Assembly: GCA_027449545.1 (NCBI GenBank)
Contig: DAIDLI010000138.1
Location: forward strand, 7,977-71,976
Length of the DNA: 64,000 nt
From: Acidobacteriaceae bacterium
GTDB taxonomy: Bacteria; Acidobacteriota; Terriglobia; Terriglobales; Acidobacteriaceae
Direction: 5' to 3'
Of the stretch, positions 41,928 to 51,856 are shown piece after piece. A program made the position numbers and the translations under genes. Each line of letters begins with the position of its first letter. The stretch's first letter is position 1. The notes under the pieces were generated by a model. It ran no database searches and had not been told where the DNA came from. It saw nothing but the letters and a program-made list of their open reading frames with translations.

Positions 41928-42025
41928 CGGACTCTGGCTCCAAGCGATTGCGGGATCGAGCTTGCCGTTTCGCTTCGCGATTTCAGCGATTCCGAGGTAA
42001 CTCTCCGAGCAGTTGGTAGGCGTGC

Positions 42026-44209
42026 CTATGGCTGGCCGGAGGCCGAGCCGATCTTGCGCAGCGCCGCCTGGATCTCCGGATTGGCCATGAAGTTTTTCCA
42101 GACGAGCCCGGTGCGATGGTTCTCAATCATCACCGCCATGGGTGCCTGATTCAGCCCCATGGTGATGTTTGAGTACCAGTTTCTCTGCAAATTGAACGCA
42201 TCGCGGAAGCCGTAGATACTCCACACCTGCGCGCCCAGGTCGCGGTAGAAGTGCTTCAGCGCAGCCATGGACGCCGCTGGCGTATAGGCCATAGCGCTGA
42301 TGGCGCCGGTGGGCGCGATGGTGCCGTCGTCGAGACGGGGCGTGGCCTCGTAGGGGACATAGCCATGCGGCCCATCGACGGCGGTCAGACCCCAGTCGTC
42401 CGCGCCGTAGCCCTTCCAATGGTTCGGGTTGTGCATGCAGTAGGCACGATTGATGCGCGCCTGGCTGCGATTCTGATCGAAGTAATTGGTAAAGCGATCG
42501 CGAAACGCGTGCGGGTCGAAGCCCATGAAGGAATAGTCGGTGAAGAACAGCGGTCCGCCGGTTCCGCCGCCCACCGGCAGGGTGATACCGTAGTAGCTTT
42601 TTCCGTTGGCGTATGGATTGCCGACTCCTTCCCCGACCCAGCCGCTGTAGTAGTCGCTTGCGGGAATGGAATGAGCCGGCGAAGCGATCGCCTCGATGTA
42701 GGTGACCATCACCTCATTCCATCCGGTCAGCCGGTTGGCGATGTAGAAGGCATAATCCGGTGACCAATGCCAGTAGAGGGCATCGCGCCGGGGAGTTGCG
42801 CGAAACCAGTTCCAGTCCACGCCCTCCCACAGGCGGGTGATGCGGTCGTAGAGTTCGCGTCCCGATGCGCCGTCGGCCTTGAAGTATTGCCGGGCCGCGA
42901 GCAGGCCTTCCATCAGGAAGGCAGTCTCTACAAGATCCGCTCCGTTGTCGTAGATGCCGAACGTGGGCATGACATGGCCGGTGACGCCGGAGAGGAAGTG
43001 CGGCCAGGCGCCATGGAAGCGGTCGGCACGCGCCAGAAAGGCTGTGATCTTGAGCAGGCGATCGACGGCTTGCTGGCGGGTGATAAAGCCGCGCTCGGCG
43101 CCCACCATGATGGCCATCACGCCAAAGCCGCTGGCGCCCAGCGCGATCATGTCGTCGTTGCCGGGCTGGTTTTCGCGGGCCATGCCGGAGTGCGGCTCCG
43201 CGGCCTCCCAGTAGTAGCGGAATGAAGCCTCCTCGACCATGGTCAGCAATTCGTCATCGGTCATGGGATGCGTGGAGGCGGTGGCCCCAGCGGAAGGCGC
43301 CGACTCCAGCAGCGACGAGGTCCGGGCCATCACCCGGTAGGAGGCGGTCATGTGCGGGTTGCCGGTGTAATCGCAGTAGCGGTCGACGCCGGCGCGCTGC
43401 ACGCCGATGGGCTGGAATGGGCCGCCCCCTTCCGAGCGGTAAATCACGTACTGCGCCAGGTTCGGATCATCCACCGCCTTCCAGGTGATGTCGATGTGCC
43501 GCTCGTAGCCCTTTGCGGCCACATTTTGAGGCGTCGGGGGTGCAGTTTCATTGGCTACAGGGTCGTTCTCAATCCGGATGTCATCCAGATACAGAGTGTG
43601 CGCGGTGTTGTCCGCAGCGCCCTGCACGAAGAGCAGGGTGTTCAGGCGGTGCGGTTCCAGGGGATGCACGGAGGCTGTTCGGAAGGCAGCCAAGGGAATC
43701 CGCATGCGCGTCCACTTGCCCGCGGCAAGATTGTGCGCGAACTCGCCCACGGCCAGAGGATGGCTGAAGTTCCCGGCGGTGTCGCGGACGGCCAGGCGGG
43801 GCAGATCCTGTGCGCGCAAGCCTTCGGCGGAGTAGACCCACAACCACAGATCGTCGCCCGGGAAGAGCAGGGTGCGGTTTCTCCACTTCTTGAGGTCGAC
43901 CTCCGCAACCCACCCCCCGTTCGGCGCCGAACGCCATTGCAGCTCCAGCGCATTGGGGCCGCTGATAAATTCCTTCGTTTCTATCGGCAGCTTGCCATCC
44001 TCCAGCAGCAGTGTGCTGGGGGCGCTGGCCTGGCCGCGCGAGTAGAAGTAGCTGCCGGGAGAAAGGCTGTTGTCGAAGAAGTCCTGTTGGGAATAATTCT
44101 GATCGGCCCGGGCAGGGGCTGCGGCTCCCAGACATGCCAGCAGCAGCACGGCACAGTGCAACGCCCATCCGGCCAGCGGCAAGTTCAGCTTGCGTCGTTG
44201 CAATCTCAC
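42026..44209 (-). CDS. Secreted glucoamylase-like (GH144 beta-1,2-glucanase-like) enzyme with N-terminal accessory domains
   Basis: [59 protein letters not shown]. About 320 aa of N-terminal CBM-like and FnIII-like segments. Confidence 0.8.
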   Translation of the reverse strand: MRLQRRKLNLPLAGWALHCAVLLLACLGAAAPARADQNYSQQDFFDNSLSPGSYFYSRGQASAPSTLLLEDGKLPIETKEFISGPNALELQWRSAPNGGWVAEVDLKKWRNRTLLFPGDDLWLWVYSAEGLRAQDLPRLAVRDTAGNFSHPLAVGEFAHNLAAGKWTRMRIPLAAFRTASVHPLEPHRLNTLLFVQGAADNTAHTLYLDDIRIENDPVANETAPPTPQNVAAKGYERHIDITWKAVDDPNLAQYVIYRSEGGGPFQPIGVQRAGVDRYCDYTGNPHMTASYRVMARTSSLLESAPSAGATASTHPMTDDELLTMVEEASFRYYWEAAEPHSGMARENQPGNDDMIALGASGFGVMAIMVGAERGFITRQQAVDRLLKITAFLARADRFHGAWPHFLSGVTGHVMPTFGIYDNGADLVETAFLMEGLLAARQYFKADGASGRELYDRITRLWEGVDWNWFRATPRRDALYWHWSPDYAFYIANRLTGWNEVMVTYIEAIASPAHSIPASDYYSGWVGEGVGNPYANGKSYYGITLPVGGGTGGPLFFTDYSFMGFDPHAFRDRFTNYFDQNRSQARINRAYCMHNPNHWKGYGADDWGLTAVDGPHGYVPYEATPRLDDGTIAPTGAISAMAYTPAASMAALKHFYRDLGAQVWSIYGFRDAFNLQRNWYSNITMGLNQAPMAVMIENHRTGLVWKNFMANPEIQAALRKIGSASGQP

Positions 44210-44295
44210 AGATCCCCCTTGACTTCACGGCTCTCTGGAGCGAGCAAAACGCTCTCCACTTAGAGTACAGGTTTCTGAACCTCACCTCCTGTATC

Positions 44296-44354
44296 TTGAC
44301 AAGAAACCCGCAGAGTGGTACGTAGTGTTACCACAATCAAGAAAATTGCGCAAT
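44296..44354 (+). promoter_or_regulatory. Candidate promoter and palindromes upstream of TBDR 44645
   Basis: TTGACA (44296), N17, TGn-TACGTA. Palindromes GTGGTA-N8-TACCAC and ATTGCGCAAT (44345-54). Confidence 0.4.
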
Positions 44355-44644
44355 CTGGGTGCGTGTTCGCTCCTGTAGCAGGAGGAGAGGTGAGTTATGT
44401 CACCAAGTCGCGCCAATGTTTCTCGCAGAGAAAGGAGGATTGACTTATCTTACTCATCGGCGCAAGCTCTTCGCTCCTGAAGCGACTTAGCAAGCGTGCT
44501 AACTCAGAATTGCGCAGGATCTGGAGATAAGAAGGCCAGTGACTTATCTCACTCGAGACCTTCCAATTTCTTCACTTACTGGTCTGGGCAGCTCCCGCCC
44601 GACGACTTTTGCATCGAGCGTGAATTCCAGCAAGGAGAGATTTC

Positions 44645-47600
44645 ATGATGCGAACGTCTCAATCTCATTCAGTTTCAGAGTTGTTCTGTCATCCTGCTTC
44701 ATCGTCCGCAGTCAGGCTGGGGACAGCTCTGCTGTTCCTGCTTGCCCTGCTGATGCTGGCTGCGCCAGTGCACGCTCAGTTCAATGCTTCGCTGCGTGGG
44801 ACGGTGACTGACACCACCGGCGCGGTGATCCCGAGCGCTACGGTCACGCTGACCAATACCGACACCGGCGCCAGCCAGACGACCATCTGCAACGACGAAG
44901 GCATTTACACCTTCAACGCTCTGCCGCCGGCGCATTACAGCCTGTCGGCGTCGCACACGGGATTCAAGACCAACGTGCTTTCCCATGTGCAGATCATCCC
45001 CGAGCAGGCGAACCTGCTCAACATCGAGTTGCAGGTCGGCACCGCAGAGGAAACCGTCACTGTCTCCGCGTTGACGCTTGGCCTGCCGACGGATACTCCG
45101 ACGCTGAGCTCGACCATCAGCAGCAATCAGATTCAGCACATGCCGTCCTATAACCGCGACATCTTTCAGCTCGCGCAGTTGACGCCGGGAGTCTTCGGCG
45201 ATGGGTCGCAGGGCAGCGGCGGCGGCACCTACAACCTGCCCGGCAACCAGGGACCGGGAGGTTCGGGCGGATCGCAGGCCGGCATCTTCCAGACCGAGAA
45301 TGGCCCTCAGATTCAGTCCCTGGGGGGCCAGTACGAAACCAACAGCATTACGGTTGACGGCGTCAGCACCGTGAGCGCGGTGTGGGGCGGCACCTCGGTC
45401 ATCACCCCCGGTGAAGACTCCGTGGAGAGCATGCACGTAGTTGCCAACAACTATGATGCCGAAGATGGCCGCTTCACCGGCGCCGACATTCAGGTGATGA
45501 CGAAGAGCGGCAGCAATGACCTGCACGGTAGCGCCTTCTTCAAGGTTTCGCGGCCTGGTTTGAACGCCTACCAGCGTTGGAACGGCGTCGCTTCCAACAT
45601 CACGGCCCCGAGCACCAACCCCAACGGCACGCCCACCACCTCCGCGCAACGGGCGGCGATTCGCGGCGTCAACCGCGACCCGAGCCGGTTCAATAACTTG
45701 GGCGCCGCGCTGGGCGGCCCATTCTGGAAGAACAAGCTCTTCGGGTTCTTCAGCTTCGAGAGCAGTCCGCTCTCGGCCAGCACCACCGGCCAGGGCTGGT
45801 ATGAGACCTCACAGTTCCACGGGTTGACCGGCATCGGCCCGGTCGCCCAGAAGTATCTAGCCTTCCAGGGAGAGGGTGTGGCTCCGGGCAGCACCATCAT
45901 CGCGCGGACCTGCGCTTCCATCGGGTTGACGGAGGGCGTGAACTGCACCACCCTCTCGGGCGGGCTGGACCTCGGCTCTCCGCTCACCACCGGCGTGGGC
46001 AACCAGGACCTGACCTACGGTGGTAACTCCTATAATCCTGGTGTGGGCAGCGGCCTGGACGGCATCCCCGATCTCGCCTACTACAACACCGTCACACCGA
46101 CGTCCGTCTCGCAGGTGCAATACAACGGGCGGGTCGATGCCAACGTGACCGAAAAGGACCGTCTGACCTTCACCCTCTACTGGGTTCCGGTCAGCAGCAC
46201 CTTCTTCAACGGCCCGGCGCGCGCAGCCAACCTGTGGCACCACTCGCAGGTGAACGACGCCTTTTCGTTTATCTGGAACCACACCTTCACGCCGACGTTG
46301 CTCAACCAGGCGCGCGTGAACGCCGCGGGCTGGCGCTGGAATGAGATCTCCAGCAACCCCCAGGAGCCATTCGGCCTGCCGCAAGCCAGGATCGACAACC
46401 TGGGCACGGCGGATATGGGCAACGCCTACTTCGGCGCGCCCGGTCCCAGCCAGTTCAACCAGTGGACCTATGACTACAACGATGTGCTGACCAAGGTTCT
46501 GGGGCGGCACAACATCAAAGTCGGCGGCGACCTCACCCGACTGTATTACCTGAACAATGCGGTCTATGCCGCCCGGCCCAACTTCAACTTCCACAACCTC
46601 TGGGCGTTCGCGAATGATGCCGCCTATGCGGAGAGCGGCGAGTTCGACTCCAAGACAGGCGTCCCCTTCTCCAATCGCCAGGACAACCGCGTCAACATCT
46701 GGGGCTTCTTTGTCCAGGACGACTTCAAGATCCGTCCTAACCTGACCATCAGCGCCGGGCTGCGCTGGTCGTACTTCGGCGCCTATTATGCCAAGCAGAA
46801 CAACCTGGACGTGGTGCAGTTGGGTTCGGGGGCCAATCCCCTCGAGGGACTCAACATCCGGGTCGGAGGCAGTCTGGCTACGCCGCAGAAGAGCAACTGG
46901 GGTCCGCAGATCGGATTCTCCTGGGCGCCCGAACATGCCGATGGCAAGCTGGTGCTGCGCGGCGGCTTTGGCATCAACTACAACCAGAACGAGATCGCCA
47001 TCCTGGCCAACGGCTACGGAAACCCGCCCAACGCGGTGCAGCCCAACTTCACCTGCACGTATCCGTTCCCAAGCCCGAAATGTGCGGGGACCGGCATTCT
47101 TTACGGCACAGCCACCAGCATCAACTCGCTGTTTGGGTATCCGCCCAATCCGGCGGCGATTACTCAATTCAGCAGCGCGAATCTGCCTCTGAGCGGGTCG
47201 ACCCGCATCACCGGCTTCCCTTCGCATCCCAAGACCATCGTCAACTACCACTATTCTCTGGAAGCCGATTACGAGTTGCCGTATGACACCATGGCTACAC
47301 TCGGCTACCAGGGAAGCCAGATGCGGCATCTGCTCATCCAGAACAACTGGAACGCGATCGCCGCATCCTATGCCCTGCCCTTGAACCCGGCGGTCAACTT
47401 TCTTGACTTCTACGACAACGCCGGCAATGGCAACTACAACGCCATGATCGCCACCGTGAACCACAACTTCGCCAAAGGCTTCCAGGCCGCCGCGCAGTAC
47501 ACCTGGGCCAAAGCAATGGATGAGAACTCCGGTCCGTATTCGATGGATTTCTATCCTTACAACACCCACCTGGCCTATGGGCGCTCCGATTACAACGTGC

Positions 47601-48244
47601 AGAACGCCTTCAAACTCTACGGGCTGTGGCAGCCGACCTTGTTCCGCGGCAACGGCATGCTGGAGAGGATCGCCGGCGGCTGGACGCTGGGCGGCATCTG
47701 GAACTGGCATACCGGCTTCCCGTGGAACCCGGTTTACAACGTGGTGGGGAACGTCTACTACGGCAGCAGCGGTTACGCCCAACTACGCCCGGCTGCTTAC
47801 CTGGGCGGCGCGGGAACCAGCACCGCCAACAAGAACTTCCAGGGCTTCGGCGGCATCAACCCCAACTACAGCGGGGATGGTTCGAAGTACTTCCAGGCTC
47901 CGCCCTACGTCACCGGACCGGCGTTTCCTCAGACCTCGGCTCCGCCCGCGCCAGGCATCCGCCGCAACAGCCTGAACGGCCCGAGCTATAACAACGTGGA
48001 CGCCAGCCTGACGAAGGCCTTCGGTATGCCCAACATGCGGGTGCTGGGCGAGAATGCCAACTTCTCGATCCGCATGGACATCTACAACCTGTTCAATGAG
48101 ACGAACATCAACACTCAATCCATCGACAAAACCTTGGGCTCGGTAACCTCGGGCGGCGTAGTGACCCCGAACTCCGACTTCGGTGTCGCCGGCAACGCCC
48201 TGGGTAGCCGCACCATTCAGTTGCAGGCGCGTTTCAGCTTCTAA
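44645..48244 (+). CDS. TonB-dependent receptor-like protein
   Basis: Signal peptide, GTVTDTTGAVIPSA, NNYDAEDGRF, C-terminal RTIQLQARFSF. Confidence 0.9.
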   Translation: MMRTSQSHSVSELFCHPASSSAVRLGTALLFLLALLMLAAPVHAQFNASLRGTVTDTTGAVIPSATVTLTNTDTGASQTTICNDEGIYTFNALPPAHYSLSASHTGFKTNVLSHVQIIPEQANLLNIELQVGTAEETVTVSALTLGLPTDTPTLSSTISSNQIQHMPSYNRDIFQLAQLTPGVFGDGSQGSGGGTYNLPGNQGPGGSGGSQAGIFQTENGPQIQSLGGQYETNSITVDGVSTVSAVWGGTSVITPGEDSVESMHVVANNYDAEDGRFTGADIQVMTKSGSNDLHGSAFFKVSRPGLNAYQRWNGVASNITAPSTNPNGTPTTSAQRAAIRGVNRDPSRFNNLGAALGGPFWKNKLFGFFSFESSPLSASTTGQGWYETSQFHGLTGIGPVAQKYLAFQGEGVAPGSTIIARTCASIGLTEGVNCTTLSGGLDLGSPLTTGVGNQDLTYGGNSYNPGVGSGLDGIPDLAYYNTVTPTSVSQVQYNGRVDANVTEKDRLTFTLYWVPVSSTFFNGPARAANLWHHSQVNDAFSFIWNHTFTPTLLNQARVNAAGWRWNEISSNPQEPFGLPQARIDNLGTADMGNAYFGAPGPSQFNQWTYDYNDVLTKVLGRHNIKVGGDLTRLYYLNNAVYAARPNFNFHNLWAFANDAAYAESGEFDSKTGVPFSNRQDNRVNIWGFFVQDDFKIRPNLTISAGLRWSYFGAYYAKQNNLDVVQLGSGANPLEGLNIRVGGSLATPQKSNWGPQIGFSWAPEHADGKLVLRGGFGINYNQNEIAILANGYGNPPNAVQPNFTCTYPFPSPKCAGTGILYGTATSINSLFGYPPNPAAITQFSSANLPLSGSTRITGFPSHPKTIVNYHYSLEADYELPYDTMATLGYQGSQMRHLLIQNNWNAIAASYALPLNPAVNFLDFYDNAGNGNYNAMIATVNHNFAKGFQAAAQYTWAKAMDENSGPYSMDFYPYNTHLAYGRSDYNVQNAFKLYGLWQPTLFRGNGMLERIAGGWTLGGIWNWHTGFPWNPVYNVVGNVYYGSSGYAQLRPAAYLGGAGTSTANKNFQGFGGINPNYSGDGSKYFQAPPYVTGPAFPQTSAPPAPGIRRNSLNGPSYNNVDASLTKAFGMPNMRVLGENANFSIRMDIYNLFNETNINTQSIDKTLGSVTSGGVVTPNSDFGVAGNALGSRTIQLQARFSF

Positions 48245-48269
48245 GCACGCTCTGAATGGACTTACCTAC

Positions 48270-48301
48270 GCGGCGGGTGTTCCAACTGGAACACCCGCCG
48301 C
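48270..48301. terminator. Perfect 15-bp inverted repeat after the TBDR (no U-tract)
   Basis: GCGGCGGGTGTTCCA-AC-TGGAACACCCGCCGC. Confidence 0.5.
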
Positions 48302-48438
48302 GGCATTCTCAAGCTCTTTCAGCACAAGTCCCGGCTCTCTCCGGTACACTTGCTGCGGGATTTTTCTTCCCTGCTCGACAACCATGACAAGCCAGGCTGC
48401 ATGGGCCCAGCGCTCGTCTGCCTGCTGCTGGAGGTTCT

Positions 48439-48957
48439 ATGGTCTCGCGCTTTGCGATTGCACTCGGAACTGCTGTTGCCCTTGCGCTGGGCGCTCTGAC
48501 GCCCGCGTTTGCCGCTGACAACCACGCCGCGACCGATTACGTTGTGATCGTTCGCCACGCCGAGATCAGCCGGCCCGCGGCACAGGCATGGAAGCGGGTA
48601 GGAAGCTATTGTGGGCTCTCCGAATGGCTGAGCGTCACCTGCACCTTGGAGTCCGGCAGTGGGGGCCTCGGCTCCGTGCGCTTGATCAACAACACCTTCG
48701 TGGAGGTGATGGTGGCGGAGTCTCCGCTGTCATATACCTATTGGCAGACGCAGGGAAGCATGGCGGCCTCTGGCTATCACGGCACGATTGCCATCGTGCC
48801 GCACGGGGGGCATCGCTCCGAGGTGATCTATACGCTGGTCTATAACCAGGCGGCGTTTCCCACCGAAGCGGAGCGCGCCGCACAGCGCGAGCGGCTCACG
48901 AAACGGTTCCAGGGCGCCTGCGACATGATCAAGAAGCTGGCCGAAGCGCAACCGTAA
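48439..48957 (+). CDS. Exported SRPBCC / polyketide-cyclase-like protein
   Basis: Signal peptide, AWKRVGSYCGLSEWL, GSVRLI, YHGTIAIVP. GGAGG RBS. Confidence 0.65.
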   Translation: MVSRFAIALGTAVALALGALTPAFAADNHAATDYVVIVRHAEISRPAAQAWKRVGSYCGLSEWLSVTCTLESGSGGLGSVRLINNTFVEVMVAESPLSYTYWQTQGSMAASGYHGTIAIVPHGGHRSEVIYTLVYNQAAFPTEAERAAQRERLTKRFQGACDMIKKLAEAQP

Positions 48958-48970
48958 TCGTACGGGCAGA

Positions 48971-49009
48971 AGACACGACAGCCGGCCGTGGAGGCCGGCT
49001 GTCGCGTCT
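48971..49009. terminator. Hairpin between convergent genes
   Basis: AGACACGACAGCCGGCC-GTGGA-GGCCGGCTGTCGCGTCT. Confidence 0.6.
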
Positions 49010-49021
49010 GGAGGCAGGTCC

Positions 49022-49813
49022 TTAAAACGATTTGTAGACCGGATTAAATTGGGGGCGCGGCATGCTGTCGATGTAGGCCGAGACGTCGTAGGACTGTTGC
49101 GGCGTGAGCGAGCCGGGGTTAGTTTGCGGCATGTTCTTGTAGACCCACGCGGCCATTTTGGGGGTATGGGACATGCCCGCGCCGTCGTTATAGGAATCGG
49201 GGCCCCAGACCGGGGGCATCACCGGCGGCATGCCACCGCCATTCACTCCATGACACATGGCGCAGCTCTGGTTGTAGATCTGCTTGCCGCGAGTCGCGTC
49301 ACCGGCCAGCTCCGGCAACTTCGCCAGACCGCGCTTGGCGTAGGGCTGACCGGGCTTCTGACCCTGCGCCAGGAACTGCATGTAGGCGATCATGGCCAGC
49401 ATCTCCGGACTTTTGGCCGGAAGCGGATGGCCGTTCTCACTGCGCACAAAGCACTCGTTGACCCGCTCCGTCAGCGTGATCACCCGGCCGGCGCGCTTGC
49501 TGTACGAAGGAAACAGACCCGCCACATCCTTCAAAGAAGAGGCATAGTCCTTGGTGCCGCTGTCGATGTGGCAGTCGCTGCACGACAATTTGTTACCAAC
49601 GTACGGAGCAGCAAGCTTCGGCGTCTGGTCGAAGATCATCTTGCCCCGGGCGGCCAGCGAGTTGGCGGGCGGATCGGCCTGAGCGGCTCCGGTCCGGCTC
49701 TCCTGGGCGGCTGCTGCATTGCGCGTGCAAACAGCAAGCCCCACTCCGATGGCAGTCGCGGGAATGAGACACAAAGCGATCATGCGCGCCGCTTGCGCGC
49801 GGCTAATGAACAT
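49022..49813 (-). CDS. tsdA: Diheme c-type cytochrome, thiosulfate dehydrogenase TsdA-like
   Basis: Two CxxCH motifs (CSDCH, CAMCH), RVNECFVRSENG with the TsdA-type heme-ligating Cys, WGPDSYNDGAGM, KNMP. Confidence 0.8.
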   Translation of the reverse strand: MFISRAQAARMIALCLIPATAIGVGLAVCTRNAAAAQESRTGAAQADPPANSLAARGKMIFDQTPKLAAPYVGNKLSCSDCHIDSGTKDYASSLKDVAGLFPSYSKRAGRVITLTERVNECFVRSENGHPLPAKSPEMLAMIAYMQFLAQGQKPGQPYAKRGLAKLPELAGDATRGKQIYNQSCAMCHGVNGGGMPPVMPPVWGPDSYNDGAGMSHTPKMAAWVYKNMPQTNPGSLTPQQSYDVSAYIDSMPRPQFNPVYKSF

Positions 49814-49819
49814 AGCTGC

Positions 49820-50776
49820 TTACTCCTGGTGCGGCACAGCCGCTACCGATTGAAATCCGAATTGATGATAGATGGCCTGCGCCTCGGGACTGCGCAGAAA
49901 CTCCAGCCATTGCGCCGCGATCTTCGCATGCGGCGCCCCTGTCACCACGCCGCCCGCGTAAATGGCCACCGTGTTTTGTGCCTGCGGAATCGGCACGCCG
50001 GCAATCGGGTTGTGGATGCTCTCCTGGAAGCGCACCTCCGAGGCCCAGGTCACGCCCGCATCGGCCTCGCCGCTCATGATCCGCATCGGCGTCTGGCGAT
50101 GGTGGATCTCGGTGAGCATGGTCTTGCCGGTCTTGACCTTGGTCTCGTAGACCGCCTTGTAGAGGCTCTCCCCTCCAGCCTTGCGCAGTGAGTTGGCAAT
50201 CTGGTTGGCGACGCCTTCCCACTGCGGATTGGGCATGGAAAGCCGCAGCTCCGGACGTCCCAGATCGTTCAGGGAATGGATGCCGTGCGGATTGCCGGCC
50301 TTGACCATGATCTCCAGATTGTTGGTCGCGTAAGGAACAACGTTCTGGACCTGTCCGTCCTTGTGCATCTCGCGCAGCACGCGTTCGCCGGCCTCGTACA
50401 CATCCGGCTGCACGGTGAGGCTGAGATTGCCCAATGTGAGCGTATTGCCCGCGGCCATCTGCCGGCGCAGGATGCCCGGCGGCAAGGTCTCATAGAAGAT
50501 GTGGCCTGCGAGCTCGGGGTGATGCGCTTCGAAGGCCGCGATCAGGTGGGGCAGCACGAAGAACTGGTTGCCGCCGATGAACAGCACCAGCCTGGCATCG
50601 GCGGGATTGCCGTGCAGGTCGGGAACGTTGTCCACGTCGGGCACGTGAAAGACATAGCCCTGGTTGCGCGCCGGATTGTTTTTCTGCCCGCTCCAGGGCG
50701 GACTGGCCTGTCCCGAGGCTCCGGCGCTGTGGCCGGCTGCAAACAACGCGCAGGCAAAGAATGCAAGCGATCTCAT
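49820..50776 (-). CDS. Periplasmic oxyanion (molybdate/sulfate/thiosulfate)-binding-like protein
   Basis: Signal peptide, NNLEIMVKAGNPHGI, MPNPQWEG, ADAGVTWASE, FLRSPEAQAIY..FGF (ModA-like fold). Confidence 0.7.
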   Translation of the reverse strand: MRSLAFFACALFAAGHSAGASGQASPPWSGQKNNPARNQGYVFHVPDVDNVPDLHGNPADARLVLFIGGNQFFVLPHLIAAFEAHHPELAGHIFYETLPPGILRRQMAAGNTLTLGNLSLTVQPDVYEAGERVLREMHKDGQVQNVVPYATNNLEIMVKAGNPHGIHSLNDLGRPELRLSMPNPQWEGVANQIANSLRKAGGESLYKAVYETKVKTGKTMLTEIHHRQTPMRIMSGEADAGVTWASEVRFQESIHNPIAGVPIPQAQNTVAIYAGGVVTGAPHAKIAAQWLEFLRSPEAQAIYHQFGFQSVAAVPHQE

Positions 50777-50798
50777 CTGCGATCTTCCTTCCGGTCAG

Positions 50799-51506
50799 TT
50801 ATGCCACGGTGATGTAGCTGAAGCGGCCGTCGGTCTGCAGCAGCGCAATCGCGGCTACCATCGAGGCCACCACGATGGTCCCTTCAATGGTGTGCGCCAG
50901 CATGTCTTTCACGATCTCTTCCGGCTTCTCCGTCATCTTGCGCAGCCGGATGAGGGCGCGCACCTGCTCCTCGGTTGCCGTGTGGCAGCTCAGGAACTGC
51001 ACGCCGCGATGGCGCAGGGTGGCCATATCGCGCGCCTGGTACATGGAGTCTTCGCTGTCCGGATTCTGCCCTGCCGCGTTGGCTGCCGTTCCCTTGTCTT
51101 TGCCCACAAAGAAATTGCGCACGGCGGGCTTGCCGGTCTCGGGATCGGTGACCTTGAGCCATTCGCCCACCTGGTACTTCTTCCAGACGTAATCGTCGTA
51201 GTTGAGCATGTTGGCCGGTCCATGCATCGCTACCGCAATCTTGACCTGCTGGCGCGGCACGCCGAAGCCGAACTCCAGCCCGTTCAGCGAGTTCTTCACG
51301 TTGTTGAGGAAGGCGCCATTGTTGATGTGGACGATGTCGTAGACCTGCTTGACGCGCGCGGGATCCTTAACCAGCGCCTCAAAGGTTGCCGGGTTCCAGT
51401 CGCCTGTCTTCCACACGAGTTGTCCCTCCGCGGCTCCGGTACCGGCTGCAGCCATTCCGAGCGCGGCTGCGCCGGAGACGAATGCCCTGCGAGTGAGATG
51501 CTGCAT
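50799..51506 (-). CDS. Tat-exported DsrE-like protein
   Basis: AAGGAGG RBS, LTRRAFVSG Tat motif, VAMHGPAN, GVQFLSCHTA. Confidence 0.6.
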   Translation of the reverse strand: MQHLTRRAFVSGAAALGMAAAGTGAAEGQLVWKTGDWNPATFEALVKDPARVKQVYDIVHINNGAFLNNVKNSLNGLEFGFGVPRQQVKIAVAMHGPANMLNYDDYVWKKYQVGEWLKVTDPETGKPAVRNFFVGKDKGTAANAAGQNPDSEDSMYQARDMATLRHRGVQFLSCHTATEEQVRALIRLRKMTEKPEEIVKDMLAHTIEGTIVVASMVAAIALLQTDGRFSYITVA

Positions 51507-51856
51507 TGTGATCCTCCTTGGAGATGCTGTTTTGATGGTGCGATGGGAACATCTGAAGCCCCGAATCTCGTGCGCCACCCGTGAGTTGAGCGGGCGGCAC
51601 GGGGAAGAGAGCGTGCGTCAGCCACGCGGAACGTCTTCTCTGTCATCATCCCGCCAGGAGTCTGCGGTGGTCCAATAACTCTTCCTAATGCCCCATAAGA
51701 CGCGGTGATGGAGCGGAAAGCGGCACGCGCCGCTGCTTTCCGTGTGATTTTCATCACCGACCCTCGGGGAACCGCGAACCGAAAATCGAGGAAAGTCCGC
51801 TGCGAGGACTACGGGGCCCCAAAACGACTCCAGATCGGGAGGAAGCAGGCCGCCTG

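Noticed and set aside
51788-51799. GAGGAAAGTCCG, the RNase P RNA (rnpB) signature
   Set aside because: The following bases do not continue the rnpB consensus, no 3' AGAACCCGGCTTA-like partner is visible, and the TolC gene starts about 60 nt later.
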